From a virus (taxonomy: Duplodnaviria > Caudoviricetes), in the IMG/VR virus record IMGVR_UViG_3300037722_000708, positions 6,001 through 70,000 of that record: a stretch of 64,000 bases of DNA, one strand, 5' to 3'. Made by a program: the position numbers and the translations under genes. Position 1 is the first letter of the stretch. Each line of letters starts with the position of its first letter. Shown here piece by piece: positions 27,942-36,149 of this stretch. The notes beneath the pieces were generated by a model. The model was not told the origin of the DNA and did no database searches. It worked only from the letters and a program-made list of their open reading frames with translations.

Positions 27942-28734
27942 AAAATGCTCCTATCTTTTTCATGGCTATAGCAGCTCGCCTTTGCGAACTTATGGTTGAG
28001 CGCCCTGCTATGTGTGGGGTGGTTACAACATCTTTGTGCTGCAAATCGTTCTCAAAGTCGCATACATATTTCCGTATATGACCAAGAAACGGCACTATGT
28101 TGTCACTCACCACTTCTTTACGTGCAACATTTATAAGCACAGATCCTTTTTTCATTTGTTCAAACTGCTTTTTATCGAGAAAATTTCTCGTCTCGTCGTT
28201 TAAGCTAAGATGAATGGACACCACATCACATCGCTCAAGCAACTCGTTCAAAGACACTTTTTCCATGTCACGCCGCGTTGATACAAGCACATTGAAGCCC
28301 ATGCCTCGCATCAAGCTCGCGGTTTCTGTGCCTGTGCTGCCCATGCCTATGACGCCCACTGTCATCTCACAAGGTTCCTTTGGGATGGTGTGTTCGTCAA
28401 CTAAGTCTAAGCCGCGCCCATAATACATTGTGAAGGACAGCACGTAATATGCAATTGGGATGCCTGCACAGTTTTCGCATATCTCAAGTTGGATGTTTTT
28501 TCGCGTCAAATACTGTGTGTCCACATTGTCAAGGCCAACACCAAAGCGCATGACCATCTTTAAATTTGGGAATTTGTTTATTGTTTGTTCGTCTAAGACA
28601 TCATTGCCGAGAATTATGGTATCGTGGTCGAACACTTTTGTGTCTAGACAAGTATTAAAGTCTTTCTCCCCGTCTAGATCGCTAAGAAACTGCTTGTTTG
28701 CTTTTAGCGATCCAGGTGTCACTAGTGTTTTCAT
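27922..28734 (-). CDS. D-isomer-specific 2-hydroxyacid dehydrogenase (SerA-like)
   Basis: RFGVGLDNVD, GVIGMGSTG, INVAR and TTPHIAG motifs. Confidence 0.9.
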   Translation of the reverse strand: MKTLVTPGSLKANKQFLSDLDGEKDFNTCLDTKVFDHDTIILGNDVLDEQTINKFPNLKMVMRFGVGLDNVDTQYLTRKNIQLEICENCAGIPIAYYVLSFTMYYGRGLDLVDEHTIPKEPCEMTVGVIGMGSTGTETASLMRGMGFNVLVSTRRDMEKVSLNELLERCDVVSIHLSLNDETRNFLDKKQFEQMKKGSVLINVARKEVVSDNIVPFLGHIRKYVCDFENDLQHKDVVTTPHIAGRSTISSQRRAAIAMKKIGAFYEAIRN

Positions 28735-28764
28735 TTCCTGCTCCTGATTATGACAATGTTATAT

Positions 28765-28795
28765 TATGATAGTACAACTTAGTTATAATTGCAAG
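28765..28795 (-). promoter_or_regulatory. sigma70 promoter with operator (28774-28786, 1 mismatch)
   Basis: TTGCAA-17-TATCAT; ACAACTTAGTTAT. Confidence 0.75.
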
Positions 28796-28799
28796 TTTC

Positions 28800-29180
28800 T
28801 CATGACTGGTATTTGCCATACCCTTTAGGGTCAGCTTTTATCAGAGCAAGACGAAGGTCCTCACGCACCCATCCATATGCATGGAGAGAGTGCCTTAGAT
28901 CGGCGCCCGAGTAAGGAGAAGGGGCGCCGGTACGTCTGCGTTCCTCGCCCTCTCTCAGTATTTTAAAGATGAATTCTGCGGCGTCTCTGTGCTCTTTGTT
29001 CTTGTAGCCCCTTAAAGACATTGCCGCGTCCCTGTCGGATTCCGCCACTCCCATGTCAAATGATGCACCAGTGCCTCTCTTGGGTTTGAAGCCCGTCCCA
29101 TCGCAAGCATCGCACACGTAAGTATTAAACATGACCTTCCCCGTCCCAAGGCATACAGGACACCTAGTCGTCATAGACAT
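28800..29180 (-). CDS. DnaJ-type Zn-finger hypothetical protein
   Basis: CPVCLGTG and CDACDGTG repeats. Confidence 0.7.
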   Translation of the reverse strand: MSMTTRCPVCLGTGKVMFNTYVCDACDGTGFKPKRGTGASFDMGVAESDRDAAMSLRGYKNKEHRDAAEFIFKILREGEERRRTGAPSPYSGADLRHSLHAYGWVREDLRLALIKADPKGYGKYQS

Positions 29181-29443
29181 CTATCACCGCCTTAAAGTTG
29201 TTTTTTAATTTTGCTATGAGCTCTGTGTCGCCAATTAACCTGTTTTCAGCGCCGCATTCGGGACAGTGTCATCGTCCCTCATCTGGCAACCAGTACCCGT
29301 GAGGCCTCACATACACAGCAACATACCTCCGTTTTTGCTCGTAGATCTGCTAGTTCAGCCTTCAAGTGGTCTACATTCCTCTCGGCTTCCTCAATCCATC
29401 GTTGTATTTGTGTCTGCTGGATGTCAATAAGTTCTTGTTTCAT
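29164..29443 (-). pseudogene. Zn-ribbon gene with a frameshift and an internal TGA
   Basis: AAGGA RBS; span 280 nt (3n+1); CCVC in frame 1; in frame 2 TGA (29269-29271) precedes HCPECG. Confidence 0.5.
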
Positions 29444-29590
29444 TCAAAATTCCTTATGTTTTCGATTGTTTCTATAGGGCCGCCAGTTCGGCTCTTAGCC
29501 ATTCGTACAGGCGCTTCAAGTGTGCCTGTATAATTTGTGACTGAACAGTTTGCTCATAATCCATCTTTCTGCGAAAAAATGAATTGTAAC

Positions 29591-29603
29591 ATAACTTAGT
29601 TAT
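29591..29603. promoter_or_regulatory. Palindromic operator
   Basis: ATAACTTAGTTAT, perfect, within a TTTACA...TACAAT-like promoter. Confidence 0.75.
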
Positions 29604-29710
29604 ATTTGTAAAATTTAAAAGAAACCCACCGTGTAGTAGCACGGCGGGCTCTTAACCACAGGATAACACTTATATTATACAATGTCTGTATAATTACACC
29701 AAGGCGTATT

Positions 29711-30090
29711 CTAGGCATCAGTAATCGTGTGTTGAAGCCATTCAGCAGGTAGTTCAATTTCTTCATAGCAATCAGGTAAGCCAGCTTGTGACCAGTAATC
29801 TTTCCAATCACAAAATCTGGGATCATTTGAAAGACTAGAGATATAAGTACCATCGGGGGAAGTTTGTATTTCTGCCCATGTAGTGGTACGTGCTGCTTTT
29901 GGATTGTCAGTACCTTTGCACTTGCCAATCACTCCATTTTCAACTATGTAACCTTCTAGCTGCCAATCACTCCATTTTCAACTATGTAACCTTGAGACTG
30001 CCAATAATCAGCAGCTAGAAGGTTTATATAAGATAAGACCTGCTCAATTGTATAGCCATCTTTAGCGATAAGGATTAAATGTCTGTCCAT
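29711..30090 (-). pseudogene. 113-aa gene frameshifted by a 38-bp tandem duplication
   Basis: 33-bp copies at 29923-29955 and 29961-29993; removing 38 nt gives an open frame MDRHLILIAK...HTITDA. Confidence 0.75.
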
Positions 30091-30821
30091 GAAATACCCC
30101 ATTTCTGAGCTAAATAGTTGCCTATTACGTTTAGCTCGTTGTCGTTTAGGGCGCGGTTAAAGATAACTATTTCTGAAACTGTTCCCAAGAAGGCGTTGTA
30201 GCCATAGCTGTAGCGTGCACCGACGACAAAGTCTGTTGGAGTAGCTAAAACATCACCAGAACCTGAAATCCCCAAAACGCCATTATATCTAGCCTCCCTG
30301 CTTAAAAGGCCATCTGCTCTTAAACTCACTATGTTTGGGTTTGTCGGGTTGCCAAGAACAATGGTTGGATTAATAAAGGACGATGGATAAACTTTGTAAG
30401 TTCCTTCCCCTGTGTCTTCTAATCTTAACGGGCTACTAGAACCAACAGCCCACGACCAAGGATTATCATAGGTATTTCCTGTATCAGCTTGTGTTACAGA
30501 CAGGATCGTAAAGTCAGTTGTGGCAAGATCAACAATCGGATCATCAACATTTAAATAATGTCCAGAAGTAGCGCCACCCTTAAAGTGCAAAGTATTTCTA
30601 CCGTTGAGTGTGTGTGTTCCTGTTTCTGGTTGTTCTACGGCTATGTCTTGTATGGCATGTCGGTTATTTCCGCTCTTATCGTTCCACTGTGACACTGCCC
30701 CTGCAACTGAGGTAATTGTGTTTTCGTCAGAGGCGTCAAGCCATAGTGCTAGCTAGGCTATTGCAATAGGGGAGAATGAAGCTGGTACACCAAAAGAAAA
30801 ACCGTTAAAACCTATAATCAT
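30075..30821 (-). pseudogene. LamG/concanavalin-like (putative head-fibre) gene with an in-frame TAG at codon 23
   Basis: AAGGAG RBS and ATG at 30821; MIIGFNGFSFG...A*LALWLDASD...SQWNDKSGNNRHA; G.VSEIVIFNRAL. Confidence 0.75.
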
Positions 30822-30872
30822 TTTAGCACTCCTTATCGTTAAAGTAACAGGAAGAGAGGAATACATCAATAC

Positions 30873-30902
30873 AAAACTGCCTCATAAAAATGAGGCAGTT
30901 TT
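30873..30902. terminator. Bidirectional intrinsic terminator
   Basis: 13-bp inverted repeat AAAACTGCCTCAT/ATGAGGCAGTTTT. Confidence 0.75.
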
Positions 30903-31061
30903 AATCTGTTCTGTTCCCATGTAGATTATACACGGCTAAGCGGCAAGCGCCAGCGGAAAGTAATTATCATTTGCGTTTAACGGATACTATCAAAGATAAG
31001 CAAAGCAATCAAGATTTTTCGCCAAAAAGTTCGTAGTGAGCGTCAATACCCTCAGGTGTTG

Positions 31062-31289
31062 TTATACTATCTCCTCAAAGTAACCGACGAGATAGAAGTT
31101 GCGGACTTCTGGATTGTCAGAAAATTGTGTCTCAAGTTCTTCTTCTGTTCCGTACACACGAAACTCGTTAGTAGGAAGTGACAGTGTAAATTTAAGATCT
31201 CCAACAAAAGAGGCTACCGTAGCCGATATTTTACCAGCTCCATACACTTGGAAAAGACGGTCTCTGTTAAAAACAAACTTTGCATACAT
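31062..31289 (-). CDS. Hypothetical protein
   Basis: 75 aa, AAGGAG RBS, CtrA-type promoter upstream. Confidence 0.7.
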   Translation of the reverse strand: MYAKFVFNRDRLFQVYGAGKISATVASFVGDLKFTLSLPTNEFRVYGTEEELETQFSDNPEVRNFYLVGYFEEIV

Positions 31290-31320
31290 TAAACTACTCC
31301 TTAATTAATCATCATAATTT

Positions 31321-31353
31321 ATTATAACAGGTAGACCTTTAAGAAAGTATTAA
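31321..31353 (-). promoter_or_regulatory. CtrA-type promoter
   Basis: TTAA-N7-TTAAA, 11 nt, TATAAT. Confidence 0.65.
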
Positions 31354-31401
31354 TTTTCATATTAATAATTAGTTGCTATAATTAACTATTAGAACAAAGG
31401 A

Positions 31402-31611
31402 GTGGCAATTATGCTTATAGAAAAATTTAGAAAAGGTATGAGAACTATTTACGAAGGTGTACGAGAGGCTCTTCCCAATGACGTTAATCGTCTTCCTGAA
31501 GAAGTAAGAGAACCCCTTCCCAATGACGTTAACCGATTACCTCAGGAGACAAGGATTATCTACACAGGTGTACGCGAGTCATTGCCAGATGACGTTTTCA
31601 CACTTGACTAA
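31402..31611 (+). CDS. Small internally repeated protein
   Basis: AAGGAG RBS, TGCTATAAT promoter, three VRExLPxDV repeats. Confidence 0.75.
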   Translation: MAIMLIEKFRKGMRTIYEGVREALPNDVNRLPEEVREPLPNDVNRLPQETRIIYTGVRESLPDDVFTLD

Positions 31612-31666
31612 TGGTGGACGCGCCGCTATTGCAAGCGGGTCCTGAATATTTCTATCCAGTCGAACC

Positions 31667-31996
31667 TTATCGCGCCCATTTAAAGAGGAAAAATTTTAGT
31701 TTATCCCAGAGAGATAACTTCATGGTATCAGCCACACACTCGTAAGAATGGAAACCAAAACCATTAGGTATTCCTTTTTCGTCGAAGCTAATCTTGCCGT
31801 AGTAGACGCTAGAAAGTCGTACACAATCCTGTACATAACTAAGATCGCCAACTTTCCTTGCTATAGGTTTTGTGAGCATCCTGTCCATACGTACAACTCG
31901 CTGTTTAAACGTTACGCGAATGTCGTTCTTGTTGAAGACACGCCCGTGTTGTGTGTAACCATGTCTCCTTAGGAATCTAATTAACTTATGTTTCAT
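31667..31996 (-). CDS. Hypothetical protein
   Basis: 109 aa; ATGA overlap with the upstream gene. Confidence 0.65.
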   Translation of the reverse strand: MKHKLIRFLRRHGYTQHGRVFNKNDIRVTFKQRVVRMDRMLTKPIARKVGDLSYVQDCVRLSSVYYGKISFDEKGIPNGFGFHSYECVADTMKLSLWDKLKFFLFKWAR

Positions 31997-32517
31997 TTGA
32001 ATGCCTCCCCAGCACTAATTTGTTTATAAGATTCAGTTAAACCTTTTAAATCAACTCTCATAATAGCGCAATTGAAGACAAAACCATACTCACAATATAG
32101 ACGCTCAATTTGCCCAATCTTTTTCTTAGGCCCGCAACCTATCTCTAAGTGCCGTCCTATAAAGGTATTCTCGATCTCTCGTTTTAGTACTGCGGCCTCG
32201 GCCTCGAGTTCGGCAAGCTTCGAACGCAGCTTAGATGTAGCCTCCCAATCCTCTTTCGTCACCATGTCTAAGGGCACGTCCGGTAGGTCGGCCTTCCTGC
32301 ATTTAGAACAAAGTTCTGGACAAGCCTCCCAATCACGCAATTTTTCTGCAAGACTGCGACTGTTTTCCTCATGTATTTGCTGCTGAGACTTCTGGTTCCA
32401 TGGACTGATTGTCTGCGATGCTTTAAAAGTCTTTGTTATATTCTTGCCGCACCGCTCGCATGCTTTAAAGCCGTAGGAGTGGTCTGCAATCTCATCAAAT
32501 GTTCTCGTTATTCTCAT
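31993..32517 (-). CDS. Zn-ribbon hypothetical protein
   Basis: CERCGK...CSKC. Confidence 0.65.
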   Translation of the reverse strand: MRITRTFDEIADHSYGFKACERCGKNITKTFKASQTISPWNQKSQQQIHEENSRSLAEKLRDWEACPELCSKCRKADLPDVPLDMVTKEDWEATSKLRSKLAELEAEAAVLKREIENTFIGRHLEIGCGPKKKIGQIERLYCEYGFVFNCAIMRVDLKGLTESYKQISAGEAFK

Positions 32518-32734
32518 TTTCTCTCTCCCAAATTGTTTCTTCGACAACCCCTTCTCCTTTACATTTTTCGCACCGTATCAGCTCTACATCATCCGGCCGC
32601 GGTATACGTAGAAACTTTTTGCCCCTGCATTCTGGGCAAATCTTTGTGTCTTTTTTGTCAGAAGAATCTTCGTCTACTTGTCCAGTAGCACGATCTACAA
32701 TACTTTTGGCTATTTGGTTGATATCTTTTTTCAT
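32495..32734 (-). CDS. Small Zn-finger protein
   Basis: CPECRG...CEKCKGEG. Confidence 0.65.
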   Translation of the reverse strand: MKKDINQIAKSIVDRATGQVDEDSSDKKDTKICPECRGKKFLRIPRPDDVELIRCEKCKGEGVVEETIWERENENNENI

Positions 32735-32777
32735 ACTTAAACCACTAATTCAAACTGATACAATACCTTTTTAAAGA

Positions 32778-33170
32778 TCACCGTTCTCCTTTAAGTCCTT
32801 TATGTGGTTCAATGCTGTATTTTTCACATATAATAAAGACTTGTTCTTTGTATATTTTGTCGTAGTTGCGTAAGAACATAGCGCATTGCGTTAGTTTAGC
32901 TTTTAGCATCGACTGCATGACTCCCGTTCTACATTTTCCAAGTATTCGTAGAACAGTTTGTATGGCTTGCTTCATGTCTTCACATTGCTTGCTGAGTTCG
33001 CGGTCGAATTCTTCTCCTGTGTAAAATACTTCTTTACCGTGCCCAGAGGTAATAAATTTATCCAGGAGTATTTCCACTGTTTCTGCTAAGTCCTCGTTCC
33101 CAAGAGCTTCTACTTTTTCGAGCACAGCAAAGTGCTCATTTTTCCAACCAACAAAACGTTCTTCCTTCAT
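32778..33170 (-). CDS. Hypothetical protein
   Basis: 130 aa, tightly packed. Confidence 0.65.
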   Translation of the reverse strand: MKEERFVGWKNEHFAVLEKVEALGNEDLAETVEILLDKFITSGHGKEVFYTGEEFDRELSKQCEDMKQAIQTVLRILGKCRTGVMQSMLKAKLTQCAMFLRNYDKIYKEQVFIICEKYSIEPHKGLKGER

Positions 33171-33640
33171 AGCAGATTATTCTCTCTAAACGCTTCTTCT
33201 ACTATTGGTATATCGTCTTCATGAATACCAACCCTGCGTGCAAAATCTTTTCTACCAAATTGGTCATAAACAGCGAAAACATCCCCTATGGTTGACAGTG
33301 ACTGCCACCGCGTAAGCGAGTCAAAAAGCTTCTTTTTGTGTATATCCTTAGTTAATTCAATAACAATAGAAAGCGGTGTCTCCGGCCCTTGCCTACAAGG
33401 AGGAGGCGGGCGCCAGTCGCCAAGAAATTTATCAAATAGTTCTTCTAGTCTTTTTCGACCGCTAGTTCCTATGTAGCCGCGCCTTATGTGCCATTTAAAT
33501 GCACCCCAGCTTTTTGAGGCGTAAGCATGTGCCGCCTCTTCTAACGTTTCAAAAGAATCTTGTAAGCCGTGTACTATTCGCATATCAAGTTGATTGTGTG
33601 TTCTATTTTCTGGCTTATTGACAATATCTGCTATTAGCAT
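33167..33640 (-). CDS. Hypothetical protein
   Basis: 157 aa directly downstream of rtcB. Confidence 0.65.
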   Translation of the reverse strand: MLIADIVNKPENRTHNQLDMRIVHGLQDSFETLEEAAHAYASKSWGAFKWHIRRGYIGTSGRKRLEELFDKFLGDWRPPPPCRQGPETPLSIVIELTKDIHKKKLFDSLTRWQSLSTIGDVFAVYDQFGRKDFARRVGIHEDDIPIVEEAFRENNLL

Positions 33641-33642
33641 AA

Positions 33643-34716
33643 CTACCCTTTCACGTTTAAAAATGGTTGGACATAACTGACGACCTCTAATATATTAGCT
33701 TTCACTTGCGTGCTAATTACTTCTCCCAAATTCTTGTACGCGTCCGGAGCCTCGTCAATTCTGTTTTCTGTGACATCTCCCACAACATGCGCCATCTGGC
33801 GTTTAAATTCCTCGAAGTCCAACTGTGCTTTTGCTTGTGTTCTCGACAATCTGCGCCCTGCACCATGAGAGCTTGACCATAACGCCTTCCTATTTCCCAA
33901 GCCACGGGTTATATATGACCCGACTTGCATATTTCCTGGGATTACACCGAGCATATTTTTCTCTGCATGTGTCGCGCCTTTACGGTGGATAAATAACCCA
34001 TGCGAGTAGTCAAGATGGTTGTGATTTCTATTTATGAGATCAAAGAGATTTATGTCTACATTCATGGCGGCTAAAACAAGCCGGATCATAGCTTTTCGGT
34101 TTTCAAGAGCATAGTTGAGGCACTGATCCATATCATGTATATATTGGAGCCCCTCGCGCGAATATGCATACCAGCCGAGATCAGAGGTCTCTTTTTCTTG
34201 ACGCGTCATCCAATAAGTCGCAACTTCATGCCCGAAACCTCTGGAACCACTGTGAATTATTATCCACACGTCCTTTTTCTCGTCCTCACCAAGCTCTATG
34301 AAGTGATTGCCTCCACCCAGCGAAGCAAATTGCTCGTAGACTTTTCTTTTTTCTAGGGCTTGTCTTATGGCGGGGGAGTGTTGGTGAATAGAAAAAGGAA
34401 GCGGTATACTTTCTCCGTGGTAAGAATCGCCGCATGGAACAAACGTGTGTATTCGTGCATGGAGTTCTTTGAGATCGCCGAGCGTTTCGCGTTTAACGCA
34501 CGTGTTTATTGCACAGACGCCACAACCAATGTCATACCCAACCCAAGCTGGCACGACCCAGTCTTTTAATGCAAGGACAGCGCCGATGGGTGCTGAGTAG
34601 CCTTTATGGGCGTCTGGCATCAACGCACCTCTACGAAAAGCTGGATGGTTTACGCAAGTAATCCACTGTTTGAGCGTCTCGCTGTCTATATCGTCGCAGA
34701 AGATATTAATCGTCAT
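33643..34716 (-). CDS. rtcB: RtcB 3'-phosphate RNA ligase
   Basis: LMPDAHKGY, VGYDIGCG, SLGGGNHFIE, HSGSRG, NHN, HRKGAT, SSHGAGR, IDEAPDAYK. Confidence 0.95.
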   Translation of the reverse strand: MTINIFCDDIDSETLKQWITCVNHPAFRRGALMPDAHKGYSAPIGAVLALKDWVVPAWVGYDIGCGVCAINTCVKRETLGDLKELHARIHTFVPCGDSYHGESIPLPFSIHQHSPAIRQALEKRKVYEQFASLGGGNHFIELGEDEKKDVWIIIHSGSRGFGHEVATYWMTRQEKETSDLGWYAYSREGLQYIHDMDQCLNYALENRKAMIRLVLAAMNVDINLFDLINRNHNHLDYSHGLFIHRKGATHAEKNMLGVIPGNMQVGSYITRGLGNRKALWSSSHGAGRRLSRTQAKAQLDFEEFKRQMAHVVGDVTENRIDEAPDAYKNLGEVISTQVKANILEVVSYVQPFLNVKG

Positions 34717-34804
34717 TTTTATCTTTTCTTGTAAGTCGTTACAACAAGAACCATCCTCAGGCCTACGTCCGGTGAGTGCTTACAGCACCGCAACCAAGTG
34801 GTCA

Positions 34805-34833
34805 TTTTAGTATAACTTACTTATTTTTACAAG
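34805..34833 (-). promoter_or_regulatory. rtcB promoter with operator (34812-34824, 1 mismatch)
   Basis: TTGTAA-17-TAAAAT; ATAACTTACTTAT. Confidence 0.7.
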
Positions 34834-35618
34834 TTTTCAATACACTCGATAGCTGTAATCTCTGAGGATGTTCCACAGCCAAGGTCCATTTCAAGTACAA
34901 TATTTGTCTCTCCTTGTATTGTACGAAGGCTGGTTTTTATTTTATCGCTGTAACCGGTTGCCACAGAGTCTCTTTCAAAAATAAAGCAGGTCCGTATTCC
35001 ATCGTAAAAAGGCAAGTGCACAGTTGGAACAACAAGGCAGTTGTGGTAAAGCTTTGCATGGTTGTAACCTTTAAGATAGTCACAATACTTAAACGCGCTG
35101 TACTGGTGTAGCTGCGCCCATTGCACCCAACCAACAAAGCAAATTTTTGGTATCTCGTCTATTGCATAATCAAGCTTTGCAGGGCTTAGACCGTCGTTAC
35201 AGTGTTGGATTAAGGTGTCTGCATTGTGCAAAAGTTCTTTAACTATGACTTCATCCGCTTTTATAGTAAAGCTATTCCCACAGCTATTGGCATAAGAAAG
35301 TCGTTTGAGGACGTCCTTTTTGAGTTCGTTTACGTTGTCGATGGGTTGTCTTATTGCAGTTTCTTCGAAATAAATGGGGAAAGAGCTATGGTCAAGATTT
35401 AACACAGACACCATGCCGTGTGTCGATTTAGTAGAAGCTGTTCCTTTCGGAGGTTTTTGAAATACAGCCAGTGTAGAGTTTGTGCTTATTCTTTTTAACG
35501 CTCGTTGTAAATCAGACGGGTCGTTCTCAAAGGCATCGAGAACCTCCCGTCCAAATTGCAGTAAGAATGCGCGATCAATAGCCTCTGGCCGATCTTGAAC
35601 TGAAGCTGGGTCCGCCAT
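34827..35618 (-). CDS. Diverged second capsid-like protein
   Basis: IDRAFLLQF.REV, FQK..KGTASTKS.HG.V.VLNLDH and VGWVQW..L motifs resemble alphaproteobacterial podovirus-type capsids. Confidence 0.6.
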   Translation of the reverse strand: MADPASVQDRPEAIDRAFLLQFGREVLDAFENDPSDLQRALKRISTNSTLAVFQKPPKGTASTKSTHGMVSVLNLDHSSFPIYFEETAIRQPIDNVNELKKDVLKRLSYANSCGNSFTIKADEVIVKELLHNADTLIQHCNDGLSPAKLDYAIDEIPKICFVGWVQWAQLHQYSAFKYCDYLKGYNHAKLYHNCLVVPTVHLPFYDGIRTCFIFERDSVATGYSDKIKTSLRTIQGETNIVLEMDLGCGTSSEITAIECIENL

Positions 35619-35847
35619 TCTTTTTAACCTCTATATTTATTCCGTCGTCTACAATTTCAAGCTGAGCCTCGTCAACCCACATACCGTCTGGAATTTTGTC
35701 AGCGCCCTCTTTCATAGCAGGTTGGACGCTGTATCGTAGGCAGCCATTTAACCATTGGCACCGAGCATCAATGATACCTGTTAATTGCGATACTCTGTCT
35801 CGTGCACGGGCACCAAGTGCATATTTAAAAGTAACTTTTTCACTCAT
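35575..35847 (-). CDS. Hypothetical protein
   Basis: AAGGA RBS; LG..ARDRVS..TGI..ARCQWLNGCLRYSVQP motif of a common phage family. Confidence 0.75.
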   Translation of the reverse strand: MSEKVTFKYALGARARDRVSQLTGIIDARCQWLNGCLRYSVQPAMKEGADKIPDGMWVDEAQLEIVDDGINIEVKKNGGPSFSSRSARGY

Positions 35848-35867
35848 TTTATTTTCCTTATAAAAGT

Positions 35868-35905
35868 GGTCCTCCCCATTCTGTAACCTGAACAAGGGGA
35901 GGACC
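35868..35905 (-). other. 10-bp hairpin closing the ncRNA region
   Basis: GGTCCTCCCC/GGGGAGGACC perfect inverted repeat. Confidence 0.7.
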
Positions 35906-35909
35906 TGGT

Positions 35910-36095
35910 CTGTGACTTTGTAGGACTACCGGCGTTTAATGTGCACCATTAAACTGAGACAAACGCTCTGCCGCTGAGCTAACCGCCCCTAAAGGATACA
36001 CCACGACTTAGATGTATCCATGGTGGGCGGTACGAGATTCGAACTCGTGACCTTTTGGTTATTTGTATGCACAACTTGAAATAGTCCACACAGTA
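35910..36095 (-). ncRNA. Circularly permuted tRNA-like RNA B (YrlA-like topology, with encoded CCA)
   Basis: T-arm ACGAG-TTCGAAT-CTCGT, ACCGCCC-A-CCA (36021-36048), 32-nt hairpin linker, then GGGCGGT-TA-GCTC-AGCGGCA-GAGC (35965-35988); closing stem GGACTA/TAGTCC. Confidence 0.8.
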
Positions 36096-36149
36096 ATGCT
36101 CAATTTGGAATGAATAGTCTAAGTTTCAAAACGGCTTAATACATGGGTG

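Noticed and set aside
23807-30005. CRISPR mini-arrays (20-bp repeat at 23807; 33-bp repeat at 29923)
   Set aside because: The copies are head-to-tail with no unique spacers of 25-45 nt, and no cas gene is in the window.
24930-30821. Stop-codon reassignment explaining the in-frame TAG/TGA codons
   Set aside because: Intact genes end in TGA with ATGA coupling (e.g. 2106, 25688) and in TAG (e.g. 46276, 53967), so the standard code applies.
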